This document shows, piece by piece, positions 38,001 to 47,417 of a stretch of 64,000 bases of DNA. The translations under genes and the position numbers were made by a program. Position 1 is the first letter of the stretch. Every line of letters starts with the position of its first letter. Source of the stretch: a virus; IMG/VR virus record IMGVR_UViG_3300042429_001107; one strand, given 5' to 3'. A model generated the notes under the pieces. That model saw only the letters and a list, made by a program, of their open reading frames with translations. It was not told where the DNA came from and did not search any database.

Positions 38001-40704
38001 TTTCTCACCAAGCTTTTTTAAAAGATCGCAAGATCCACAATACTTTACCCACGAATGGTATCATCTACAGAAACCCCCTTATTCTATACCAGAATCAAAT
38101 CTTCATATTGATAAAAATTATTTAGCAGAAGAAATAGATGAGACTTTATTGACTGATACCAATCCCTCTTTAAGAGATTATTTCTTAGATTATTTCTCAA
38201 TTGAAGGTGAGGATCTTAATCCTTATTACCCTACAAGTTCAACAATTGATAAAATAGATTTAACGGAAAGATTCTCACTGTTCAATTTCAATTCAGGAAA
38301 TGGATTTTCTGAAACATTATATAGAGGAGCTAAGGTAAGGATCAAGAGAACATTTACTGATTATGCACAGGGGGAATCTATAAAATATGTAGATGATGAT
38401 ACATTTTATGATGATTACAAATTCTCTTGTGTAATAGTTCCTATAAAAAATATAAGTGACGAGATACAGACACCGGTAAAAGTTAAAATTATTGAAAATA
38501 GAACTTTTAAAAATATCACTTTTGTTGTTGAGGTTCTTATTGAAGATGCTAGAGCATTAGATTTTGAAAATATTAGCCCGGAACTTCAATATTTGAATCT
38601 TGACTATTTCTTACTTTATTCTCTAAAAGATAAACTAGATAGCCAATATTATCCAGTAAGCTCACCACCTAGTTGGTTACCTAATAATGATATTGAATTA
38701 CCAAAAATAGGAGATGTTAAACTTTCTTCTTCTTTGAATGTCTCAACCAATCCCAATTCACAAGGATTTTTCTCCATAGTTAATAGTTTTACAACAGGAG
38801 ATTCTGGAACTATATATGTTGTACCAAATCCTAATTATGAATCAGATCTAAGAGAGGAAATTAATTTTACATATTTACCTAGTGTGGTACCTTCTGTAGC
38901 TGGCCCAAATTCTACTAGTCCTGGATCTTTCTACGGAATAGTAGGAAATTCAGGAGTAGGAGGTGGTTATACTTTACCTTTCCCTACGGGAGTTTCAGAA
39001 GATGCTGTTAAATTCACAGCTATTGATTCTAATTATGGATTTGATTTCAGTGAAATTGGTTTAGCAGGTCCTTTAGATATACCATCAACCGCTAATTACA
39101 CTGCTATTTCGAATATACCAATTTATCAAAGAGAAGGAGGCAAATCATACTGGGGTAATATATTAGAAAAAATATCATTTGCTAATTTATCACTTTGGGT
39201 TAATACTGAATATCCATATATAGAATATAAGACTTATGTGTGGAACGAAACGACTAATACCACGGATATTTTAGATAATCAGTTTGTTTTAGAATTCATT
39301 AAACCTTCTACATTTGTTCAAAATTCTATTCTATTCCCTGAAGAAATAGAAGATAAACCTCAAGAGCTTTCTTTATTTAACGTGGGATATAATATAACAG
39401 AATTAGAGGGAGAAACAGAATTATACAGATATGGCGGAGGTTATATTCCTAGCTTTAGAGAGATTCTAAAATTTGAGAATGTAAAGTATGACATACCTTT
39501 ATGGACTACGCCTTCTGCTTATACATTTACTGTTAAAGTTACCGATAAAATAGAGGGGACAGAACTATATGATTTAGGTGCTAATTTATGTTACGAAATA
39601 AACGGGAACACACAAGGGGAAATATCATTAATCAAAGGTGTCACTTATTTCTTTAATCTTAGCGATTCTAGTAATACTGGATATCATATATATTTTTCTC
39701 GAAATAATATTGGCAATTCTTATTCCACTGATGCTTTAACTCAAGGATATAGCTTAATTGGAACACCAGGAACTTCGGGATCTTATATAATGTTTAAGGT
39801 TCCTTATGACTTTTCTTCTGAAGTTTATTATGTTGCAGAGGGGGGAAAATATATGGGACATAAAATAAATGTAATAGATTCTATAGAATATTCATATTGT
39901 TCTTTTGGTCCAAGTAAGGATAATTTTGGAAACGTTAAAAACGTTAACTATTATAAATATGCAACCGATTGGATATTCAGAATAGGACAGAATTCTCCAT
40001 ATAATCCCACTTATAATTTAATAGGTGAAACACCAATAGATAAAAGAGATCTTTCTCTTTTTGAGAGCTCTTGGGACGCAGGATTTTATAGACAATACTC
40101 GGGTCCTACTGGATATGTGAGTTTGCCGGGAACTAAAAATATGAAAGAAGAAAAATCTTTCTTTGGTAGCAAAGTAATGCAAACCCCTGACACAATTAAT
40201 TCACAAAAACAGATTGTTTATCCTAATTCACTTAAAGGCGTATTAGATCTTAATTATAACAATTATGCTAATTACGAAATACTTTGGGAAAACACACCAA
40301 CAGAACTAAGAGGTGTTCTATTAGTTGATAGAATGTTAACAAGATTCTTCTTAGAAAATGGAGGTAAAGAATCTTTTAATAAATTTATAATTCCTGAATT
40401 TGGATTTGGTAGTTTGTCTGATGTGGATGATGATTTTATAGAATACATAAAATTAAATGTATTGCCTATTTTCCAATCTAAAGATAATGGATCTTATTTG
40501 AAAAAAACACCAGTTGCAGACACGCAGACATTAATTCCCGTTACTGGTGATCTTGCAGATTATCAAAAATTAATAAATGGCTATTACCCTTCACAAGAGA
40601 TTAGATACACTAAAGTTAATGAATTAAAATACGAATTTAGAATACCAAAGGATCCTTCATTTAATTATTCTCTAGCATTTTCTATACAGATAGGGAAAAT
40701 TTAA
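35089..40704 (+). CDS. Putative virion structural protein (1871 aa, GTG start)
   Basis: Long ORF 3 nt after the upstream stop; includes a degenerate cupredoxin-like virion domain near 39590-39875. Confidence 0.5.
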   Translation: MARKIIKQTSSFGVLRANPRISGNVKITVDSSKGIWLNSIDSNSEMSNSAYKGFSISPDSSFDKDLYRFFDEGKTPPQFVFGLIGEEEPVQNQTNDLSSVYNFFYSSGVSPLASDRYSEDFTYLAPLWIGEDIPDHFVIFKVNDPIDYSYKIPVTSLVVGKLYKVLQDTTVDATAPGYLPYKISSNTVTYTDGNVFTAASTLFNVTQGSGTVILLDSSYNISSVEDTENHFYDKILPKATIVSTFDLTEDSDIGKYLRKIKTTPGYTENLIDARFEDNQLTTFNGVNYNVGIFDKKGDYLFDYYENAETQIGFEDFITNGFRNNGILSYKLLNMEFLFNDTDSENYTINRYFGLYVNAPELAKFKLDGDSLFKSLGSSGNTPIPDRNDKGYYSQENSYFQYNDNGVRIYIDPNYITGVLPNSDDVNILEQTKLFWIKDKNGNFHSLKREIDYGITSPTSSYTTYGLGPTENELVIQDVSLDLSLLTGKDDSTKKQYKAVSTGEKGRGYSVIRIGGTLTNNNENCFLFYNPLGAYGVPGSKYDILRASDMSSIVDEWGPGSFYSQDSTYYYHAGGTKEDIAKALSGLLNSFNYNSFEAFESGDELVIRTKATGTQENNKYYLDFFLNLSTNQRMPDSQRGIVFINEKDACDINQKQSFVGGSNYSNTRIKVKIEDANKIEVGKTFIDTVKNTSTDSFSGLSTYSNKSSSVVIGKYRFIDQYSKDEKGEIIGIKDFETHATLEIKNFTETVAIGSSGDISAFNTYDIPLGVFSFYGLREIDMDFWSSQYGYTPTEEYYKYLDVQPSGVTKIIPGKTYFVSNGAEITYGASSINGPDFFEGIAGNEEYTLVTSSTGAESNVFPTLSSRGLITSGITGSNFDYTFYPDLDAFPGFYGIQSLQFINNTNGIDTKYDVLNFGKLDSEYDYTQDNYNPEFALKSRVSPYITKWVYNGGTDIRGNGYRLNSNIAFSPLNFSPSFFKRSQDPQYFTHEWYHLQKPPYSIPESNLHIDKNYLAEEIDETLLTDTNPSLRDYFLDYFSIEGEDLNPYYPTSSTIDKIDLTERFSLFNFNSGNGFSETLYRGAKVRIKRTFTDYAQGESIKYVDDDTFYDDYKFSCVIVPIKNISDEIQTPVKVKIIENRTFKNITFVVEVLIEDARALDFENISPELQYLNLDYFLLYSLKDKLDSQYYPVSSPPSWLPNNDIELPKIGDVKLSSSLNVSTNPNSQGFFSIVNSFTTGDSGTIYVVPNPNYESDLREEINFTYLPSVVPSVAGPNSTSPGSFYGIVGNSGVGGGYTLPFPTGVSEDAVKFTAIDSNYGFDFSEIGLAGPLDIPSTANYTAISNIPIYQREGGKSYWGNILEKISFANLSLWVNTEYPYIEYKTYVWNETTNTTDILDNQFVLEFIKPSTFVQNSILFPEEIEDKPQELSLFNVGYNITELEGETELYRYGGGYIPSFREILKFENVKYDIPLWTTPSAYTFTVKVTDKIEGTELYDLGANLCYEINGNTQGEISLIKGVTYFFNLSDSSNTGYHIYFSRNNIGNSYSTDALTQGYSLIGTPGTSGSYIMFKVPYDFSSEVYYVAEGGKYMGHKINVIDSIEYSYCSFGPSKDNFGNVKNVNYYKYATDWIFRIGQNSPYNPTYNLIGETPIDKRDLSLFESSWDAGFYRQYSGPTGYVSLPGTKNMKEEKSFFGSKVMQTPDTINSQKQIVYPNSLKGVLDLNYNNYANYEILWENTPTELRGVLLVDRMLTRFFLENGGKESFNKFIIPEFGFGSLSDVDDDFIEYIKLNVLPIFQSKDNGSYLKKTPVADTQTLIPVTGDLADYQKLINGYYPSQEIRYTKVNELKYEFRIPKDPSFNYSLAFSIQIGKI

Positions 40705-40720
40705 TGAGGATCGAATTTTT

Positions 40721-40743
40721 GATATATATTGTAACTATAAATA
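40721..40743 (+). promoter_or_regulatory. Putative late promoter (GATATATA, plus T4-consensus TATAAATA at 40736)
   Basis: Both motifs lie immediately upstream of ATG 40747. Confidence 0.5.
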
Positions 40744-40746
40744 GAG

Positions 40747-43521
40747 ATGCCGCAGATTAACATATTAAACATTTTACAGGGAGACAATCAATCAACAATA
40801 GTTGACAAGATTAATTATAACTATGACCAAATACTTAGTGCTGGTGGTGGTCCGCAAGGACAACAAGGACTGATAGGTCCTACAGGATCTGTTGGTCCAC
40901 AAGGACCACAAGGTGTTCAAGGAGTACAAGGTCCTTCAGGGACTAAATGGTTTGTTCAAGATAGCGCCCCAGCTATTAGTAATATAACAGGATCTAATCC
41001 ATGGACATTTCCCACATTAGGAGATTATTGGTTAGACCCAGATTCTGCAAATCAAGAAGTTTATGTACTCTCTGCTACTGGATGGGTTGATACAGGATAT
41101 GGATTAAATGCCGGAGAGTTATTTCAAAAAGTTACACCAATTGATATAGTTGGAGGTGCTACTGGCTCTGGTATATTAATATCAGGAACTGGAACTAGTG
41201 GTGCTACTGCTGCCACATTGGTACTTTCAGATGCTTCAATTAGTGATTATACACCAGGAGGATCAGCAATATATAATGTTAATTACGAAGGAGCTAAATT
41301 AAAAATAGCCACTAGAAATGATAGACTTAAGATATTAAGTTTTGGCAGAGCTGATCTTGATATTACAACAGGGGCAGGTGCTACTGGATACCTAAATAAC
41401 CCTTCACTAGAATGGGATACATCAAGCCCAGTAGCTCCTAATTTTTATGATATCTCTTTAAGAAACCCAGGGGGATCTATAGGTATAATATCTTCAGCTA
41501 CTGCAGCTTCGGGAGGAGTAAATATTCTTGCTAAGGGTGAAATAACAGCAACTAGTAGTGAGGATAACATAATGCTAAGAACCCCAATACCAAATAAAGG
41601 TACATTTATTAGTGCAGCTTCTAATGGTGGATTTCTAGAATTATCAAATCAATCATCAGGAAATCCTAGCAATAATACCAATGCTCCTTTATTTGCTAAT
41701 GCAACAGGATTAGGTATTGGTTTAGGTACAGGTCAATTTAGACAATCAGGAGACGATTCAAGAAGATTAGGGGTATTTGGAAATACTAGTATATCTAAAA
41801 CTCTTTCACTACATACTGGAGTTTTATTTACTGGTAATGCTTTATCTCCTCTAAATAACAATAAAGGTGTATTATTTGTAGAGGGACACAGTATGTTCGG
41901 GCACACAAATCCTACCGGGGATAATTCAGGAGGAATACAAACAACAGGTATGGCAGAGGCGAGTAATAGATTTCCTCAATTATTTGTCACATCTCCTAAC
42001 TACGGACCAGGAGTACAAGTAAGAACAAAGGGAGCTTCTACATATGCACCAAGAACTATAATAGGTGACGGTGTATTTGATTTCACTTCTGCTGGTGGTG
42101 CAACATCATCTGCAGGTACTGGTCCTGACATCACACAAGAGTTTTACGCTAATAGTAGCCACTTATTTGGCGCTGGTCCATTAATAAGTTATCAGCATAA
42201 GATATCAACACCAACAAATACCACAGGTTTTGCTCCTGTATTTAGTATTACTACGTATACTAATTCAGGTGTTTATAGTGCTAATAATGTTGCATCAAGG
42301 ACTTTAATTCAAACTAAAAATTCTAATAGGTTATTAGAAATAATGGCGAACGGTACAGGAGGAGGAAATAAGCTTAATCTAGTAGCTGGTACGTATCCAT
42401 TACTAAGTGTAAATAGTGGTTCTGGAGCAACTGCAGGAGGAGTTTCTATAGGATCTTCTTCTAATACTTATTCTACTATATTATTACCCTTAACTGGATC
42501 AACTTTTATTGGAGGTAATGCTAATAATCACAGTTTACTTGTAACAGGAGTACAGACTATAGGTACTGATAGTCCTATATCAATGTTTAATAATAGTGCA
42601 AAAGGACAAAACCAACTAGTTGGTGGTAATTCTTTACTTAAGATTTCAAGAGAGCTATATTCAACAACAACATTATCAAAAGGATCGCCTTCTGCAGCTG
42701 GATACTCCGTTAATAATTATCCTAACGGATTAGAGATAACATCTTTTATACCTTTAACATCAAGCACAAGCCTGAATGCCAATAAATCAGTAGCTATTGC
42801 AGTTGGCGCAAAAACATTAATTAGTGGTACAGCCATTGCTAATACTACTGGATTCTTTGTAAGCGATTCTGGGGAAAATATAGCTGTTGGACAGGCTATA
42901 GATTATACTGCTGCTATAGGAGTTTCCGGAGCCGGTACAGATTATGCTATTAAGGCAAAAGGAAGTGTTGGAGTAACGGGAGGAAATGTTGAGGTAACAG
43001 GAAATGTTGGTGTGACGGGAAATGTTGGAGTAACAGGAAATGTTGGTATTGTAGGTGATACATCAGCAACGGGTGATCTTACTGTTACAAATGATGTAAT
43101 TATTGGACCAAGTACAGGATCTTTAACATTAAATGCAAGTAGTAAGATAAAGAAAACGTGGACAGGATACGCATTTTTCTACTTTAATGAACCAGCCGAT
43201 CCAATAATAGCTTATGACTTTGGTGATCCTTATACTACAGGAGCATTGCCTACTGGATTTGGTTATAATCAAGCTGGAGGTGCATCGAATGCGAATAGTG
43301 CAACAATTGTTTTAACACATCCTACTATAGATCCTTTAAAAACCACTGTACACGTAACTGGTAGATATGCAGGTTCCGGTTTTACCGATTCTTTATTTTG
43401 TTTCTTTACATCATCACCCCAAGTAACTACTACAAATATCTATATCCGGAGAATGATTAATTGGAATGATGGTAATAACGTTAAGCTAGGATTTAATTTT
43501 ACTATTATAGAATACTATTAA
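40747..43521 (+). CDS. Tail fibre-like protein with collagen triplets and GNVGVT hexapeptide repeats
   Basis: GPQGQQGLIGPTGSVGPQGPQGVQGVQGPSG near the N-terminus; GNVEVT/GNVGVT repeats near 42961-43080; Gly/Ser/Thr-rich. Confidence 0.7.
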   Translation: MPQINILNILQGDNQSTIVDKINYNYDQILSAGGGPQGQQGLIGPTGSVGPQGPQGVQGVQGPSGTKWFVQDSAPAISNITGSNPWTFPTLGDYWLDPDSANQEVYVLSATGWVDTGYGLNAGELFQKVTPIDIVGGATGSGILISGTGTSGATAATLVLSDASISDYTPGGSAIYNVNYEGAKLKIATRNDRLKILSFGRADLDITTGAGATGYLNNPSLEWDTSSPVAPNFYDISLRNPGGSIGIISSATAASGGVNILAKGEITATSSEDNIMLRTPIPNKGTFISAASNGGFLELSNQSSGNPSNNTNAPLFANATGLGIGLGTGQFRQSGDDSRRLGVFGNTSISKTLSLHTGVLFTGNALSPLNNNKGVLFVEGHSMFGHTNPTGDNSGGIQTTGMAEASNRFPQLFVTSPNYGPGVQVRTKGASTYAPRTIIGDGVFDFTSAGGATSSAGTGPDITQEFYANSSHLFGAGPLISYQHKISTPTNTTGFAPVFSITTYTNSGVYSANNVASRTLIQTKNSNRLLEIMANGTGGGNKLNLVAGTYPLLSVNSGSGATAGGVSIGSSSNTYSTILLPLTGSTFIGGNANNHSLLVTGVQTIGTDSPISMFNNSAKGQNQLVGGNSLLKISRELYSTTTLSKGSPSAAGYSVNNYPNGLEITSFIPLTSSTSLNANKSVAIAVGAKTLISGTAIANTTGFFVSDSGENIAVGQAIDYTAAIGVSGAGTDYAIKAKGSVGVTGGNVEVTGNVGVTGNVGVTGNVGIVGDTSATGDLTVTNDVIIGPSTGSLTLNASSKIKKTWTGYAFFYFNEPADPIIAYDFGDPYTTGALPTGFGYNQAGGASNANSATIVLTHPTIDPLKTTVHVTGRYAGSGFTDSLFCFFTSSPQVTTTNIYIRRMINWNDGNNVKLGFNFTIIEYY

Positions 43522-43522
43522 T

Positions 43523-43726
43523 ATGAAGAAATGGTTTATTGAACAATATAATGATATACATGATAATCTTTCCGCAATAGAGAAAGAGATTGGATATCAT
43601 TTAGAGAACAAAGAGAATCTTATCGGTCGCGAAGAGATTATCGAGTCTCTTAAAACCAAAGCTCAATTAGAGATTGAGCGATTAAATAAAACAAGAGAAG
43701 ATGAAAGAAGAATCTTTAATTACTAA
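43523..43726 (+). CDS. Small coiled-coil hypothetical protein
   Basis: 1-nt gaps on both sides when the next start is taken at 43728. Confidence 0.55.
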   Translation: MKKWFIEQYNDIHDNLSAIEKEIGYHLENKENLIGREEIIESLKTKAQLEIERLNKTREDERRIFNY

Positions 43727-43727
43727 A

Positions 43728-44498
43728 ATGCTTAAAAGAAAGGACATTGTGCTACTAGCAATAGTTGCTGCACTTTGTTTATTGCTATTTAGACAGTGCG
43801 ACAGCAACTTATCACTTAAGTCACAGATCAAGATACAGAATATGAATTTAGATGCGTTAAAAGACACTGTACGCATTCAAGAAAATAAAGCTGGTGAAGC
43901 AACATATGTGAGAAAGACCCTATTGTCTTCCAAGGAAGATTTAGAAAAACTCAATAAAGGATTAGCTGAAGAATTAGATAAACAGAAGGGAAAAGTCATA
44001 GTGATTGAGAAGGTAATAACTGAGACTAAAGTTGATACACATTATGTAAATAATTATCTCACTAGTTATCAAAACGGTAATTATAGTTTAGATTGGAAAT
44101 ATGATTCTTTATTTTCTGTAAACAATTACAGAAAATTTTCAGGTAAGAGTTTCTTTATTGTAGACACAATTAATAATAGTGTTATTCCAGGAAAAACCAG
44201 AATAGACCAAGACGAAATGGGATTCTCATTTATCACTGGTCTTAGAGAGAAAGATAAAGCTCTTGAAATATTTGTAACCCCTAAATATCCAGGAATGAAA
44301 ATCACAGATATCGAAGGTGCTGTTATAGATCCTTATAAGTCGGATGTGCTTAAGTCAATGTTTCCCAACAAAAAATGGTCAGTTGGACCTTATGTTGGAA
44401 TTGGTGTGGGAGCAGGATATGGACTTAATGGCAAACCTATTGCTGGACCTGTATTCAATATAGGATTAGGTGTTCAGTATTCTTGGTTTAAATTTTAA
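43728..44498 (+). CDS. Membrane protein, spanin-like: N-terminal TM helix, coiled coil, C-terminal amphipathic beta-strands ending in Phe
   Basis: IVLLAIVAALCLLLFRQC TM segment; ends WSVGPYVGIGVGAGY..FNIGLGVQYSWFKF; likely start ATG 43728. Confidence 0.5.
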   Translation: MLKRKDIVLLAIVAALCLLLFRQCDSNLSLKSQIKIQNMNLDALKDTVRIQENKAGEATYVRKTLLSSKEDLEKLNKGLAEELDKQKGKVIVIEKVITETKVDTHYVNNYLTSYQNGNYSLDWKYDSLFSVNNYRKFSGKSFFIVDTINNSVIPGKTRIDQDEMGFSFITGLREKDKALEIFVTPKYPGMKITDIEGAVIDPYKSDVLKSMFPNKKWSVGPYVGIGVGAGYGLNGKPIAGPVFNIGLGVQYSWFKF

Positions 44499-44499
44499 G

Positions 44500-44508
44500 G
44501 AATATATA
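44500..44508 (+). promoter_or_regulatory. Putative late promoter (GAATATATA), 4 nt before ATG
   Basis: Motif copy. Confidence 0.55.
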
Positions 44509-44512
44509 CGAC

Positions 44513-46858
44513 ATGGCTTATACATCAACACAAAGGTTTGTTAAAATCACTGATTACTTATTATTAGAGTATAATTACACAACTGCACCAACTCCTGAAA
44601 TATATTATGTTAATACTGGATTCCCTGCAATAGGATTTGAAAAAATAGTAAATGGGTATTTTGATAACACTGTACAGATATTAAATGATCCTAATGCAGA
44701 AGCCACAACAAACAATGTTAGGGATTTAAGTGTAGTCCAGATTGACAAAAATAGATTTGTTACATTAGATAAAGATTACTTAGTTCCTTATTTAGATACA
44801 GATCCTAAATTAACTTCAGTAAGTAATCTTCCTGTAGTGTTTCCTTCTAACATAGGAGTTTATTATGACTCTGTAAAATTCCATATTGTATCAGGATACA
44901 ATTTTGATAATCTTGATGGTGTAATTTTGCAAGCTAAATATCAAGAAAGAACTGGGAAAAAAGCCACGGTAATGCAGATTTTGTTACAAAAATCTGATGT
45001 ATTATTATCAGTTTTAAATCCTAATCCTATTTATTTAGGGGGTGCTTTATATGACAGATATGTAGAGGTTAAGATTCCTGCCTATGCTAATATGGTTTAT
45101 GAGTTTGAAGTACTGAATGGAAATTCCACACAGTCAAGCACATTAGCTGCAAAGATATCTTCAGATGGAAAAGGATTCTTAAAAGATGCTCCTGTAGAGT
45201 TTACAATATTTGAAGTCACACAGACTGTTCTTAAAAATGGATATCAGAATTATATAGGTCAAACTAGATCACAGCTCAGTATATTTCCCAAAGATAATTT
45301 TAGTTCTTTAGCTGGGGTTATTCAGGAGAATCAATTTTATAATTATTTAGAATTCTATCCCACATGGGATGGTAATTTTTTAGAAGATTTCTTAACAGCA
45401 GAAGGAAAGGTGGGAAATACCTATTATGTTGTTAATGAGCTAGAGGTAAAAGAGCAAGTGGGTCTTTCTTATATAACTACATACAATTTTTCTAGCACAC
45501 AAATAGACGATTTTAACTCTCCTTCTATATTTAGGCCAGTTTTAACTAATCCTTTATCCACATCTTTTGTTGTGAATTACACTATGAGATTGGTTAATAA
45601 AGGAAATCAGAATCAGATCATAAGAAGATCTACATTTTCTTCCTTTGATATAAACAAATACGGAAAAGAAAATAATGTAATAAATCTTACTACTGGTGCA
45701 TATGCTCAGAAAGTTTATAATAAAATAATACAAGCACCTAATCTTATTTCTGGTGTGGGAGTTGCTCCTAATGTCACTCCATTAGAAAAGAAAATACCAG
45801 TATTTTATAAAGATAATAATATTTCAGTAACACAGGAAACTATAATTATAGATAAAGACGGTAATGTGATATCAGAAACATCAGGTCCAGACGTAACACA
45901 ATTATACGGTCAAGGTAAAGCCAAGATTTTAATAGATCCTTTTGATAACTTCTATAAATTCACAGTGTATAATTTAAAAGATGCAACAACTCCAGAGATA
46001 ATAGATCTTGGTAATTCTTTAACTTATTATATGGTATTTTTAGATTCTAGTGGTCAGAGTGTTAGGGTGGAAAATATAAAGAATAAAACATCAATATCTA
46101 ATCCTTCACAGGGACAGGTTTCATTTAAGGTTGTTGGATCTAATTCTAAAAAAATTCTTGGATTTATTAGTAAAGAATTTTATATAGTTTCTAAGACCCC
46201 AGATGGCATAGAAACTAAGCTATATTCTGGATCTTGGCAAAATCAGTCTGAGTTTTTAGCAAGTACTAATACAATTCAAGTTGCTACTACAACTGGAGTT
46301 ACTGGAGCTACTACAACCACAACTACAACTGTTTCTTCAACAGGAACAACAGGAACAACGGGAACTTCAACAACTACAGGAAATCAAATTAATTCTAAAG
46401 TACCAATTACTAAAGTTAACAAAGCTATAAAAGATTATGTTTTGGGAAGTAGCTCTATACTAAGTGTTAAACCCGCTACACAATTAAATTCTACAGGATC
46501 TGGAGTTTCTGTTGGAAAATCATCATTATCCATACAAAGTTCTTTACAATCGGTTAATATAAATATACCAGCTTTAGCTGATTCAATAGCAGGTAAAGAA
46601 TCACTAATATTTGGAGCAACAGTGATTGTGTCTGATGTACAAAAAGTAGTTAATTATTATTTTACACCAGGATCCCCTGGAGCAACATTATTTAAAGGTA
46701 TAAAACCTAGTCAATTCTTAACTGCAGCTTTACAGATTCACCCTAAATTAGCAAATGGAACTTTTGATCCCACATATGTCAAATATTGTAATGCTTTAGT
46801 ATTTCCTGTTACTAATGATCCTGAAGCAGCTGCAAATAAAGGTAAGACAAAGAAATAA
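44513..46858 (+). CDS. Putative virion structural protein with Thr/Gly-rich linker
   Basis: 781-aa ORF; TTTGVTGATTTTTTTVSSTGTTGTTGT linker; late motif upstream. Confidence 0.45.
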   Translation: MAYTSTQRFVKITDYLLLEYNYTTAPTPEIYYVNTGFPAIGFEKIVNGYFDNTVQILNDPNAEATTNNVRDLSVVQIDKNRFVTLDKDYLVPYLDTDPKLTSVSNLPVVFPSNIGVYYDSVKFHIVSGYNFDNLDGVILQAKYQERTGKKATVMQILLQKSDVLLSVLNPNPIYLGGALYDRYVEVKIPAYANMVYEFEVLNGNSTQSSTLAAKISSDGKGFLKDAPVEFTIFEVTQTVLKNGYQNYIGQTRSQLSIFPKDNFSSLAGVIQENQFYNYLEFYPTWDGNFLEDFLTAEGKVGNTYYVVNELEVKEQVGLSYITTYNFSSTQIDDFNSPSIFRPVLTNPLSTSFVVNYTMRLVNKGNQNQIIRRSTFSSFDINKYGKENNVINLTTGAYAQKVYNKIIQAPNLISGVGVAPNVTPLEKKIPVFYKDNNISVTQETIIIDKDGNVISETSGPDVTQLYGQGKAKILIDPFDNFYKFTVYNLKDATTPEIIDLGNSLTYYMVFLDSSGQSVRVENIKNKTSISNPSQGQVSFKVVGSNSKKILGFISKEFYIVSKTPDGIETKLYSGSWQNQSEFLASTNTIQVATTTGVTGATTTTTTTVSSTGTTGTTGTSTTTGNQINSKVPITKVNKAIKDYVLGSSSILSVKPATQLNSTGSGVSVGKSSLSIQSSLQSVNINIPALADSIAGKESLIFGATVIVSDVQKVVNYYFTPGSPGATLFKGIKPSQFLTAALQIHPKLANGTFDPTYVKYCNALVFPVTNDPEAAANKGKTKK

Positions 46859-46865
46859 TTAACAA

Positions 46866-47417
46866 ATGATTTTAAATGCTAGACAGAATGGTTTCATCTT
46901 TAATTTTCCTAAGGGATTTGTAGTTGATAGTGTAATTGATAAGTATTCTAAATATGTTAAGAGAATGCCCATTCCTTATGACACAGTAAATGACTTTATA
47001 AATTCAACTATTCAGCAAGTTAATTTTCCCACACTCAGAACTATAGATACTGTGGAACAAATTAGACCTGGTGGTTTTAAACAAACTTATAAGAGTGCTA
47101 CAACTCTACAAAATTTAATACAAAGAGATTTCACTGTCACTTTTAAGTTGGGCGAAGGATTTATAAACTATTGGATTTTGTATGAGAACATAATAAAGTT
47201 CTTGGATTTCCAAAATCCGGAACAATATCTACAGGACTTTAGATTATTATTACTTGATAATGAGGGAGTTGTTATGGCTAGCGTGCTTCTACAACAGCCG
47301 GTCTTCACTTCATTATCTGAAATACAATTGAACTACGCTTCAAGTACACCTCAATTTTCTACTTTCTCAATAGGATTTAAATGTAATTACGTGGATGTTA
47401 AACTTGAAATCGGATAA
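46866..47417 (+). CDS. Tail tube/terminator-like protein (gp19/gp3 fold suspected)
   Basis: Size and pattern TIQQVNFP..FTVTF..NYW..P..TSLSEIQLNY..F...F. Confidence 0.45.
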   Translation: MILNARQNGFIFNFPKGFVVDSVIDKYSKYVKRMPIPYDTVNDFINSTIQQVNFPTLRTIDTVEQIRPGGFKQTYKSATTLQNLIQRDFTVTFKLGEGFINYWILYENIIKFLDFQNPEQYLQDFRLLLLDNEGVVMASVLLQQPVFTSLSEIQLNYASSTPQFSTFSIGFKCNYVDVKLEIG

